From Candidatus Omnitrophota bacterium (GTDB lineage Bacteria; Omnitrophota; Omnitrophia; Omnitrophales; Aquincolibacteriaceae): a DNA stretch of 64,000 nucleotides. This document shows, one piece after another, positions 27,144-34,070 of the stretch. The DNA lies in the NCBI GenBank assembly GCA_003140935.1, contig PLLJ01000045.1, forward strand, positions 2,767-66,766, written 5' to 3'. The notes below the pieces were generated by a model. It was given only the letters and a program-made list of their open reading frames with translations, was not told the DNA's origin and did not search any database. Position 1 is the stretch's first letter. Every line of letters starts with the position of its first letter. Made by a program: the position numbers and the translations under genes.

Positions 27144-28007
27144 TCAATTTTCACTTCTCAAATATCTCAGCCACTCACTTTCCAGATCTTCGACGCTGCT
27201 GATACGGGTTGAATAAGCAAAACTCAGGGCTTCTTCCAGACTCTTTCCATCGCGCAGTTGCCTGCAAAATTCGGTAAAACTGTCTGCGCCGTAATGGGCT
27301 ATTAAAAATCCCACTAAAGAAACCGCTTCTACGTAAAAGATGTCGACCACCTCTTTGCCGTTTAAGGACAGCAAGGTCCTTTTTCCGTCTTGATCGCGTA
27401 TGGAATGAATGGCCACTCTGTTATTGCCGCTGACTTTGCGGATATCCAGGTTCACCACATCGGCCACGGAAAAGAATCTGCCGTTCTTTAAAAGATACTG
27501 GCTGACAACCTTGACCCGTTCTCTTTTAAGCGGTTCCGCCCACTGGGCGACGCCTTCATCCAACCAAGTGGCCACTTCACCTTTAAAGCCCACGAAATCC
27601 CTGAAAATAAGATGCGCCATTTCGTGCGGCAGGAGCGTATCTAAAAACCCCTCCCCATGGGCATAGCTAATGATCCGCTTGTTCCTGTAATCAGCCATCC
27701 CCTCGGACCAGCCGGGCTGATTTGATACTTTCTGATACGTTTGACGATCAGGATAAATATAGATCTTGACCCGATGTTCCCAGGTCCAGAATGCTGAATA
27801 GCGGGGATATCCCAGATCCGAAGCGATCTGAACATAATAAGCCTCGGCCTTATTCAAAACCTCTTGGGCGAATTCTTTATCCTGGGTGAAATAGACCATG
27901 AAGTGTTCGCCTTCTGCTTCTTGCCAATCCTGGGCAAAACATGCCGTCACACCATTGAAAAAACAAAGAATGATAATTACGCCCCGGGTCAGAGATCGAG
28001 TCATCAT
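27144..28007 (-). CDS. secreted zinc metallopeptidase-like protein (HExxH)
   Basis: I start it at MMTRSLTRGVIIILCFF (ATG 28007). The upstream 48 codons of the track ORF are a translation of repeat modules. HEMAHL motif. Confidence 0.6.
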   Translation of the reverse strand: MMTRSLTRGVIIILCFFNGVTACFAQDWQEAEGEHFMVYFTQDKEFAQEVLNKAEAYYVQIASDLGYPRYSAFWTWEHRVKIYIYPDRQTYQKVSNQPGWSEGMADYRNKRIISYAHGEGFLDTLLPHEMAHLIFRDFVGFKGEVATWLDEGVAQWAEPLKRERVKVVSQYLLKNGRFFSVADVVNLDIRKVSGNNRVAIHSIRDQDGKRTLLSLNGKEVVDIFYVEAVSLVGFLIAHYGADSFTEFCRQLRDGKSLEEALSFAYSTRISSVEDLESEWLRYLRSEN

Positions 28008-28054
28008 AACTTTTCTATCTGCGTGTTCCAAGCCCCTGAAACTATACGGGTCCC

Positions 28055-28182
28055 GCACTGAACAACCCATAAGACCTATTGGAAGTTTAGTGCGCCATGA
28101 TTCTCTTTTTTTAAAAAATAAACGGGTAATCATGACAGTCCAAGTCGCCATTCAAGAAAAAAATGAAGACTTGGGCGGCACT
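28055..28182. repeat. composite intergenic hairpin element (modules D-inverted, F, A)
   Basis: gcactgaac-(21)-gtttagtgc. Then catgatt-(25, A/T-rich)-aatcatg. Then gtccaagtc-(A-rich 21)-gacttgggc. Confidence 0.8.
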
Positions 28183-28202
28183 CGCTTTCGATAAAATATT
28201 TT

Positions 28203-28240
28203 AATGAGAGCCAGTGCCGAGTTACGAGTCCCGAGTCCCC
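28203..28240. repeat. family E motif (aatgagagccag + GAGTC heptads)
   Basis: aatgagagccagtgccgagttacgagtcccgagtcccc, directly 3' of the radical SAM gene stop. Confidence 0.65.
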
Positions 28241-28246
28241 GGAATT

Positions 28247-29383
28247 CTAAAACGTAAGATACGGCCCGGACTTTTTAAGGACCTTCGTCAGTCTGCCAAG
28301 ATCGCCGAGGGACCGGATCCGGGCACCTTCGCTGCGGAAAGCCATGACGCGATCGACCATCACCTGTCCCAAACCCGGGACGCGGAGCATGCGCTGCGGA
28401 TCATCATGATTCAGGTTCACCGGGAAAAACTCCGGATGCGCATGGGCCCACATTTCTTTCGGGTCGATCGTAAGAGAAAGGTTGCCGCCGGGGTCCAGAG
28501 GGATCTCATCCGCTTGAAATCCGTATTTCCGGATAAGCCAATCGGCCTGGTAAAGCCGGTGTTCGCGGACCAGAAGATCCCGGTTGGCGGCCCCCGAGCT
28601 CTCTCCCGGAAGTTCCGGCGCGCCCGCTCCTCTTTGATAAGCGCTGAAGTAGACGCGGGAAAGCCTCAATTGCTTATACAATTTCCAGGAATACCCCAGG
28701 ATCTCCTTGTCCGTTTCCGTAGAGGCCCCCACCACGAACTGGGTGGTCTGCTTGATCCCGGCATACTCCGCTCCTTTCCCGGTCAGTTTGCTGATCAACT
28801 GAATGGGCCGGATAATGTCCCGCAGATAGTTCTTGGTCGTGCTGAGATGTCTGAAATTCGCCTCACCCGCGGTTTCGATATTTAAAGACACGGCCGTCGC
28901 CAATGAAAGACTCTGGCGGATCGCGGTGTCAGACGCTCCGGGAATGACCTTCAGGTGAATGTAACCCCGGAACTGCGACTTGCGCAAATGGAGGGCCACA
29001 CGATTGATACGCTCCATTGTGGTATCCGGGTCCTTTGCGACCGCACTGCTCAAGAAAAGGCCGCTCACCTTCCGCGCGTGATAGTAGGAAAGAAAAGTCC
29101 GGGTCAATTCCTCGGGGCTTAAACTGCATCGCCGGGCGGCCGAACCCGTCCGGAGCGGACAGTATTTACAATTGTTCACGCATTCGTTGGAAAGAAGCGT
29201 CTTGAAGAGGAAGGTCCGCCCGCCATTCGGGAGAATGACCGGATAGATCCATTTGTTTTCCTGGGACCGGCGGCGGTGTTCCTCCGCTCCTGTCGCGCAG
29301 GCGCAAGCTAGGTCATATTGAGCGTCCCGCGCCAGAATGGCGAGCTTTTCTTCCGCATTGGGACTTCTTTGAATGCCGATCAT
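28247..29383 (-). CDS. putative DNA modification/repair radical SAM protein (HhH C-terminus)
   Basis: CVNNCKYC (CxxxCxxC) and a C-terminal helix-hairpin-helix LRVPGLGQVMVDRV. It resembles the family I recall as TIGR03916. Confidence 0.75.
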   Translation of the reverse strand: MIGIQRSPNAEEKLAILARDAQYDLACACATGAEEHRRRSQENKWIYPVILPNGGRTFLFKTLLSNECVNNCKYCPLRTGSAARRCSLSPEELTRTFLSYYHARKVSGLFLSSAVAKDPDTTMERINRVALHLRKSQFRGYIHLKVIPGASDTAIRQSLSLATAVSLNIETAGEANFRHLSTTKNYLRDIIRPIQLISKLTGKGAEYAGIKQTTQFVVGASTETDKEILGYSWKLYKQLRLSRVYFSAYQRGAGAPELPGESSGAANRDLLVREHRLYQADWLIRKYGFQADEIPLDPGGNLSLTIDPKEMWAHAHPEFFPVNLNHDDPQRMLRVPGLGQVMVDRVMAFRSEGARIRSLGDLGRLTKVLKKSGPYLTF

Positions 29384-29413
29384 AGGCCTTCCGTCGCTAT
29401 CCCCTTTTAATGT

Positions 29414-29480
29414 CCTACGAGTCCCTAGTCCCGTCTTTATTTATCCCGAGTCCCTGTATTATTGTGTCCCGTGTCCCAAG
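29414..29480. repeat. family E motif cluster
   Basis: cctacgagtccctagtcccgtctttatttatcccgagtccctgtattattgtgtcccgtgtcccaag. On the minus strand this gives six GGGAC units. Confidence 0.7.
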
Positions 29481-29491
29481 TGCAGCGTCAT

Positions 29492-30184
29492 TCACTGTGG
29501 GGGCGTGAATTGCGAAAGCTCATAGAGATTCAATTCTTTTTCCAATTCCGAAACTTCTTTAACCTTGCCTTCAAACCCGGCCTCACCGAAGAGCTCATGT
29601 TCCTTATCTTCAAATTGATCTCCCATGGCTTCATATTCTTTTTCAGAAATAAGCCCGCGTAAAGCAGGGAATAAAACCGTGTCTTCCCGCGCGGCGTGAG
29701 GACGGTACATTCTGATGAAGGCGCGCAAAAGACCGGCTAAAGCCTTGGGGTCCTCTTGGCCGCCGGGTCGTTGATCCTTCGAAAGCCGCAGAATGGACTG
29801 GGTAAGTTCACGGCCGGCCACGTGCTGCTGCCGCAAAGTCTTTGTCAGGTCCGTAAGCTTCCCCGCTTTCTCAAAGACCGGGAAGATGTGATCTTCTTCC
29901 AGTTTCTCATGATAGCCTTCGATGAATTCACGGATCATAGTGGCGGATCTGAACAGAACTTCGTACTGAGGGGTTTTATGGTTCTCTATATCTTTCAGCT
30001 CTTGATCATAGATCAAAAGGATCCTTCTCAGGACGCCGTGCTCACGCATAAGATCTTCAACGGGCGATATGGGAATGGCTGCTAATTTTGAGTCGCTCGA
30101 TTTTTCTTCCGCCGGCGTAATGCCTGGGAATGAAAAGACAACGAGTGCTAAAAAAAAGATCGTCACACAGATCGCTTTTTTCAT
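29492..30184 (-). CDS. secreted hemerythrin-like domain protein
   Basis: I start it at MKKAICVTIFFLALVVFSF (ATG 30184, ATGA overlap with doxX). H/E-rich helical pattern (MREHGVLRR, HHEKLEEDHIF, HAAREDT). Confidence 0.65.
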   Translation of the reverse strand: MKKAICVTIFFLALVVFSFPGITPAEEKSSDSKLAAIPISPVEDLMREHGVLRRILLIYDQELKDIENHKTPQYEVLFRSATMIREFIEGYHEKLEEDHIFPVFEKAGKLTDLTKTLRQQHVAGRELTQSILRLSKDQRPGGQEDPKALAGLLRAFIRMYRPHAAREDTVLFPALRGLISEKEYEAMGDQFEDKEHELFGEAGFEGKVKEVSELEKELNLYELSQFTPPQ

Positions 30185-30702
30185 ACTGCGCCTCCATCTT
30201 TTGGAGCTAATTTTGCGTCTAGGGACCAAGCTCCGGCACCGGCGATGATCAAAAAAAGCAAGCCGAGCACCATCGAACAATCGGTGCGCGCCTCACTGGC
30301 CATAGCCCAGAAACCATAGCGTGGCGCTTGAGCGACATGAAACAACCAAAAATCATGACCCAGCAGAATAGGAATTTTGGTAGAAATGATCGCCACAGAG
30401 ATATTGATCAACAGAGGAATGGCAGCCAATCGCGTACATAGCCCCAAAAGAATAAGCGTGCCAAAAATAATTTCCACACCGCCGACAAAAGGGGCCATGA
30501 TTTCGGGATTTGGAATCCCGATCCTGATAAAACGGCCTACGCCAAGCAGATCAGAAAAGAGGAATTTTTGAATGCCTTCGGAAAGAAATATCCCGCCAAC
30601 CATAAGTCTTATAAAAATGGTCGCCTTAGGAGCTACGGTATGAAACAGGACGGTAGAGAGTAGGTTTAAAATCCTATGGATCATATTTTGTAGCGTATAC
30701 AT
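30181..30702 (-). CDS. DoxX-family membrane protein
   Basis: Four TM helices. RLMVGGIFLSEGIQKF is typical of DoxX. Confidence 0.7.
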   Translation of the reverse strand: MYTLQNMIHRILNLLSTVLFHTVAPKATIFIRLMVGGIFLSEGIQKFLFSDLLGVGRFIRIGIPNPEIMAPFVGGVEIIFGTLILLGLCTRLAAIPLLINISVAIISTKIPILLGHDFWLFHVAQAPRYGFWAMASEARTDCSMVLGLLFLIIAGAGAWSLDAKLAPKDGGAV

Positions 30703-31011
30703 TTTTTTTATCCGGTCAATCGGCTCATCTATCTTTTTTCTGACTTTTTTCCTCTCCTCAACCAGGACAATGCCATGATTGATTTAAAAATAAAAAAGGC
30801 GCTACCGCTGTTATGAAGTTATCGACAATAGTAACGCCTCTATTGATAAAAACTCCCCCGCCTGCGATTAAACCGAATGTCGCTTTTGAGGGTAAATGCG
30901 GCATCGCATCCAAGGAATGGCTATTTCTGACGCGGATCGGACAAGATTGTCAAAATCTTGCCGAAGCCGCCCTGGTTTTACATTATTCAAATCAATCGGA
31001 AAACTAGGGCT

Positions 31012-31052
31012 GCACTAATTTTCTTTTAAAAAAATTTATCGAAAATCAGTGC
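31012..31052. repeat. module-G hairpin
   Basis: gcactaatttt-(A/T loop)-aaaatcagtgc. The same module occurs at 52681-52721. Confidence 0.6.
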
Positions 31053-31148
31053 GTACCAAAGCATTGGGCTTTGATGCATTCAACCGGTCCCCGGGGTGCC
31101 AGCTTGTCCGCCTCTGGCGGAGTACTGTTCTATTCCGCTTCCGGTTGC

Positions 31149-31215
31149 CATATATCATATCCGCCAAATTTCACGGACGAATCCGTCCACGCTGTGTGGC
31201 GGATATGATATACGG
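31149..31215. repeat. module-B hairpin repeat
   Basis: tatatcatatccgcca pairs perfectly with tggcggatatgatata (16 bp). The stem encloses ggacgaatccgtcc. Confidence 0.8.
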
Positions 31216-31297
31216 TCTGTCACCGCCCCGCGTCTTTTGTCCTCGTGCCCCGAGCTACGAGTCCCGAGTCCCGTCTTCATTTGTCCCGATTCCCCGT

Positions 31298-31819
31298 TTA
31301 TATCTTTTTCGATTCCTGTTCCAGGCGCTTCATTTCTTCCAGGCTCGAGTTCTCTTCCCCGGCAATCTGTTGTCGGTTGTCCCCATCTTTATTCGAGTCC
31401 CGAGGAGCGAGTCCCGAGTCCCGCGGTGTTTCGTTCGAGTCCCGAGCTACGAGTCCCGAGTCCCGTGGTTTTTCGTCCGTCGTCTTGGCCTCAGGGGAAG
31501 AAAGTCCTTTTTTTGAGTCCTGTTCCAGGCGCTTCATTTCTTCCAGACTCGGGTTCTTTTCCCCGGTAGTCTGTGGTCGGTTGTCCCCATCTTTATTCGA
31601 GTCTCGAGCTACGAGTCCCGAGTCCCTGTCTTTATTCGAGTCCCGAGGAGCGAGTCCCGAGTCCCGCGGCGTTTCGTCAGCCGCAGCTTTATTCGCTCGC
31701 CGGGCCGCGATCGCCGTCCTCGCCGCCCGGATGCCAAAGATCGCGTGCGCCGGAGGCGCTCCGAGAAGAAACGTCCCCGTCACCAGTCCCGCCATCACGA
31801 TTTTAAAAGTTTTCGACAT
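31298..31819 (-). CDS. membrane-anchored/secreted repeat protein built on GGGACTC heptads
   Basis: ATG 31819 is preceded by GGGGAGGTTGGAG. The anchor is MSKTFKIVMAGLVTGTFLLGAPPAHA. Two repeats of about 68 aa follow (PRDSGL[AV][AP]RDSNKDGDNR...SLEEMKRLEQ[DE]SKK). Coding status is uncertain because the DNA is the intergenic repeat motif. Confidence 0.45.
   Translation of the reverse strand: MSKTFKIVMAGLVTGTFLLGAPPAHAIFGIRAARTAIAARRANKAAADETPRDSGLAPRDSNKDRDSGLVARDSNKDGDNRPQTTGEKNPSLEEMKRLEQDSKKGLSSPEAKTTDEKPRDSGLVARDSNETPRDSGLAPRDSNKDGDNRQQIAGEENSSLEEMKRLEQESKKI
31314..31677. repeat. tandem direct repeat, period about 204 bp, 2 copies
   Basis: The unit tcctgttccaggcgcttcatttcttccag...gtccccatctttattcgagtc...gagtcccgagtcccgcgg begins at 31314 and again at 31518. 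The second copy has an extra insert of about 38 bp. Confidence 0.85.
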
Positions 31820-31887
31820 CTCCAACCTCCCCATGCTGCGTTGTCCACTTAGGAATTTTATTCAACATGCCCTGAGATTAGAACGGC

Positions 31888-31919
31888 ACTATTCTACGAA
31901 GGAACGGTGAAGAATAAAG
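31888..31919 (-). promoter_or_regulatory. 32-bp promoter-like motif (upstream of the repeat-protein gene)
   Basis: The minus strand reads CTTTATTCTTCACCGTTCCTTCGTAGAATAGT. It contains a TAGAAT -10-like hexamer about 70 nt upstream of ATG 31819. Confidence 0.45.
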
Positions 31920-31929
31920 TACCATTCCT

Positions 31930-32250
31930 CTATTGTTCTTCCCTCGACCCATTGATCTCATCGCCCCGCGAATATCGTGCGGTGTCTCCGGCCTTATAAT
32001 ATTTTGTGACGGAAATGACGAATTCTAAAAAGCCCCGCGCTTTGAGCTCATCCTTGATCTTCTCCAAAAGCTCCTGTCCCGGATCTTTCTGGCTCCATAT
32101 AAAAAAAGAGAGCGTATCTTTCCGGACGGTCAAATGGTCCACATTCTCATGGGCCCTTAAGATCTGTTCGAGAGGGTGCACATCCTCCAGACGCAGAAAA
32201 CGCGACGGGAATTTGATCTCAATGATCGTTAAAGTGTTTAAAAGTTTCAT
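31930..32250 (-). CDS. hypothetical protein (106 aa)
   Basis: I start it at MKLLNTLTIIEIKF (ATG 32250). No motif recognised. The TAGAAT of the 32-bp motif lies 7 nt upstream of the ATG, so the mRNA may be leaderless. Confidence 0.4.
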   Translation of the reverse strand: MKLLNTLTIIEIKFPSRFLRLEDVHPLEQILRAHENVDHLTVRKDTLSFFIWSQKDPGQELLEKIKDELKARGFLEFVISVTKYYKAGDTARYSRGDEINGSREEQ

Positions 32251-32254
32251 GCGT

Positions 32255-32286
32255 ACTATTCTACGAAGGAACGGCGAAGAATAAAG
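32255..32286 (-). promoter_or_regulatory. 32-bp promoter-like motif (immediately upstream of 31930-32250)
   Basis: The minus strand reads CTTTATTCTTCGCCGTTCCTTCGTAGAATAGT. It matches 31 of 32 positions of the copy at 31888. Confidence 0.45.
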
Positions 32287-32358
32287 CCTTTTGCGGATTA
32301 AAACAACAAACGGAGAAATCAAACAATGGAGTCATCCCTTCCCTCTTTTGGATGGCTG

Positions 32359-32970
32359 TCATCTTTTTTTCAGAGTAGCTTTGTCTTTATAGCTTGTACA
32401 TCGCACATAAAAATCAAATTGAATTAAAAAAAGAAGTATTGCGAACATAATTGTTAGAAATAAATTTTTCGTTAAACTTAATAATCCTATCGCTAATAAA
32501 GTCCCATTTAAAAAAGCCATTAAAAATACGAGGATCGGGAAATGATGCAAAAAACCTTCAAAATGTTTTGGCTCCTCATCGGTTATCGGCAACTTCAAGT
32601 ATTTTGTCAGATCGTCTTCCAGACTATTATCTGTGAAATACTTGCGAGTAAGGTTTGCGCTTTTTGCATAAAAAATCATCCGCATCCTAAGATTCATTAT
32701 GATCGCAAGGAAAATAACTCCTATAACAACTAAAAAAAGAACTATATAGACAAATGGCACTGGCAGATTATACAAGTCCCAAGTGATGGAGTTTATTTCT
32801 CTTGTTAATGCTAAGAATAAAGAAAGCGGAATCGCAATAACACCAAAATAATATTTAAATAATTGATAAAGAATTGTATATAAATGCTCGTAAAGCTCAT
32901 GCAAAAGCTTGTGCTCCTGCATCATAAATTCAAATTCTTGCTGAGCAGATAGTTGAGGATGTTTTTCCAT
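32359..32970 (-). CDS. 4-TM membrane protein, last gene of the AT-rich island
   Basis: 203 aa. Cytoplasmic N-terminus, then hydrophobic helices FGVIAIPLSLFLAL, VPFVYIVLFLVVIGVIFLAIIM, FPILVFLMAFLNGTLLAIGLLSL and LFLTIMFAILLFLIQF. AT-rich codon usage matches the three upstream genes. Confidence 0.6.
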   Translation of the reverse strand: MEKHPQLSAQQEFEFMMQEHKLLHELYEHLYTILYQLFKYYFGVIAIPLSLFLALTREINSITWDLYNLPVPFVYIVLFLVVIGVIFLAIIMNLRMRMIFYAKSANLTRKYFTDNSLEDDLTKYLKLPITDEEPKHFEGFLHHFPILVFLMAFLNGTLLAIGLLSLTKNLFLTIMFAILLFLIQFDFYVRCTSYKDKATLKKR

Positions 32971-32990
32971 TGCTATCTTTAATGGGGTCG

Positions 32991-34070
32991 TTATTTCCTT
33001 CCCAATCTTTCTAATTCCCGGTTGTATGATTCAAAGCCATGTCTTATGACTATGTTTTGCTCTCGTACTTTTCTTCGAAAAAGTTTAACTTGCCAATCCA
33101 TCCAATTCTGATGAATAAAATAATCCGCAGAAGTCTGCGCGACTCTTGGGTTATAGTTATCGAACGTTTGATTTAAAGGCCGATAACGGCAATCAGCGGT
33201 TTGAACTCCCCATTTTTTACATTCTTTAATTTTTTGCAACATTTCATAAAAATCATGTTCGAAGTTAGATATCATGAACACGTACATCTCTTTTGCTCTG
33301 TATCCGGCTTCGATCAGCATCTCGATTTGTTTTTTTATCATTTGGCGCTGGGAATATCCATGATCCCAAGCGATCCTCGGGTTAAGAAAATGTGCCTGCT
33401 TCAACAATTTCGCCAATTCTGGCGTCAAAAGCCTCCCGTCAATTCCGCACTGACTTTCAGAATAGACCGCTCGCCCATTGCACTTCGCATTCTTCAATTC
33501 ATCCAAAATGTCTTTTATATATGGATTAGCTAAAAGATTATTATCGTAAAAAATTACCCTATTGCTACAAATCTCATCTTTGATACTTTTTTTGGGAATA
33601 AATTCGGGCTCGATTTTCCAAGTTCCGCAGAATTTACATTTTCGCACACATCCTCTTGAAGAATGAACGATCTGATAATCGACATCAACTAAACTGTAAT
33701 CTGGCGCAGATGCTTCCGCCTTTGGATCCACGCCAACAAAAACTTTATCGCATTCAGATTGTTTACAGTGGTCTGGCATGAGTGATGCATAAATGCCACC
33801 GACAGTTATATGGGCCCTGGGATAATTCTTTTTGTAGAATTTCACACTATCCCACACGTATTTGGACCAATAGGTAAATAGAGAGGTAATCTTAATTTCA
33901 TCCGGACAAAACTCTCCAACCAGCTTGTCCCCTCGCACAAGTCGGACTTTATCACCATTTGCTTTGTGGTAACTGGCTAGCTTGAGTAAGCCAACAGGCA
34001 AAAAATCTCGGTGATTTTTGCTTTTTGCTGGAATCGGAAAACCTGGTTCCACTAATAATATTTTAGACAT
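32991..34070 (-). CDS. radical SAM enzyme with N-terminal B12-binding-like domain (class-B-like), AT-rich island
   Basis: SSRGCVRKCKFCGTW contains CxxxCxxC. The N-terminus ILLVEPGFP...FLPVGLLKLASYHKANGDKVRLVRGD follows the Rossmann-like pattern of B12-binding radical SAM proteins. 359 aa. Its ATG overlaps the HD gene stop (ATGTCTAA). Confidence 0.8.
   Translation of the reverse strand: MSKILLVEPGFPIPAKSKNHRDFLPVGLLKLASYHKANGDKVRLVRGDKLVGEFCPDEIKITSLFTYWSKYVWDSVKFYKKNYPRAHITVGGIYASLMPDHCKQSECDKVFVGVDPKAEASAPDYSLVDVDYQIVHSSRGCVRKCKFCGTWKIEPEFIPKKSIKDEICSNRVIFYDNNLLANPYIKDILDELKNAKCNGRAVYSESQCGIDGRLLTPELAKLLKQAHFLNPRIAWDHGYSQRQMIKKQIEMLIEAGYRAKEMYVFMISNFEHDFYEMLQKIKECKKWGVQTADCRYRPLNQTFDNYNPRVAQTSADYFIHQNWMDWQVKLFRRKVREQNIVIRHGFESYNRELERLGRK

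Noticed and set aside
29414-29480. A G-quadruplex interpretation of the GGGAC heptad clusters on the minus strand.
   Set aside because: The spacing between GGG tracts is often 11-18 nt, so few clusters satisfy a canonical G3N1-7 pattern. I cannot evaluate stability without computation.
31245-31910. Plus-strand ORF of 221 aa (ESRGASPESRG repeats) as the coding frame of the tandem repeat region.
   Set aside because: It has no ribosome-binding site or signal features, and it runs against the local gene orientation. The minus-strand ORF has GGAGG plus a signal/anchor. Neither strand is proven.
31888-32286. The two 32-bp direct repeats as att sites or integron-cassette boundaries flanking the 106-aa gene.
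   Set aside because: There is no integrase, no attC-like imperfect palindrome, and a third diverged copy sits upstream of an unrelated gene. A promoter/operator reading fits better.
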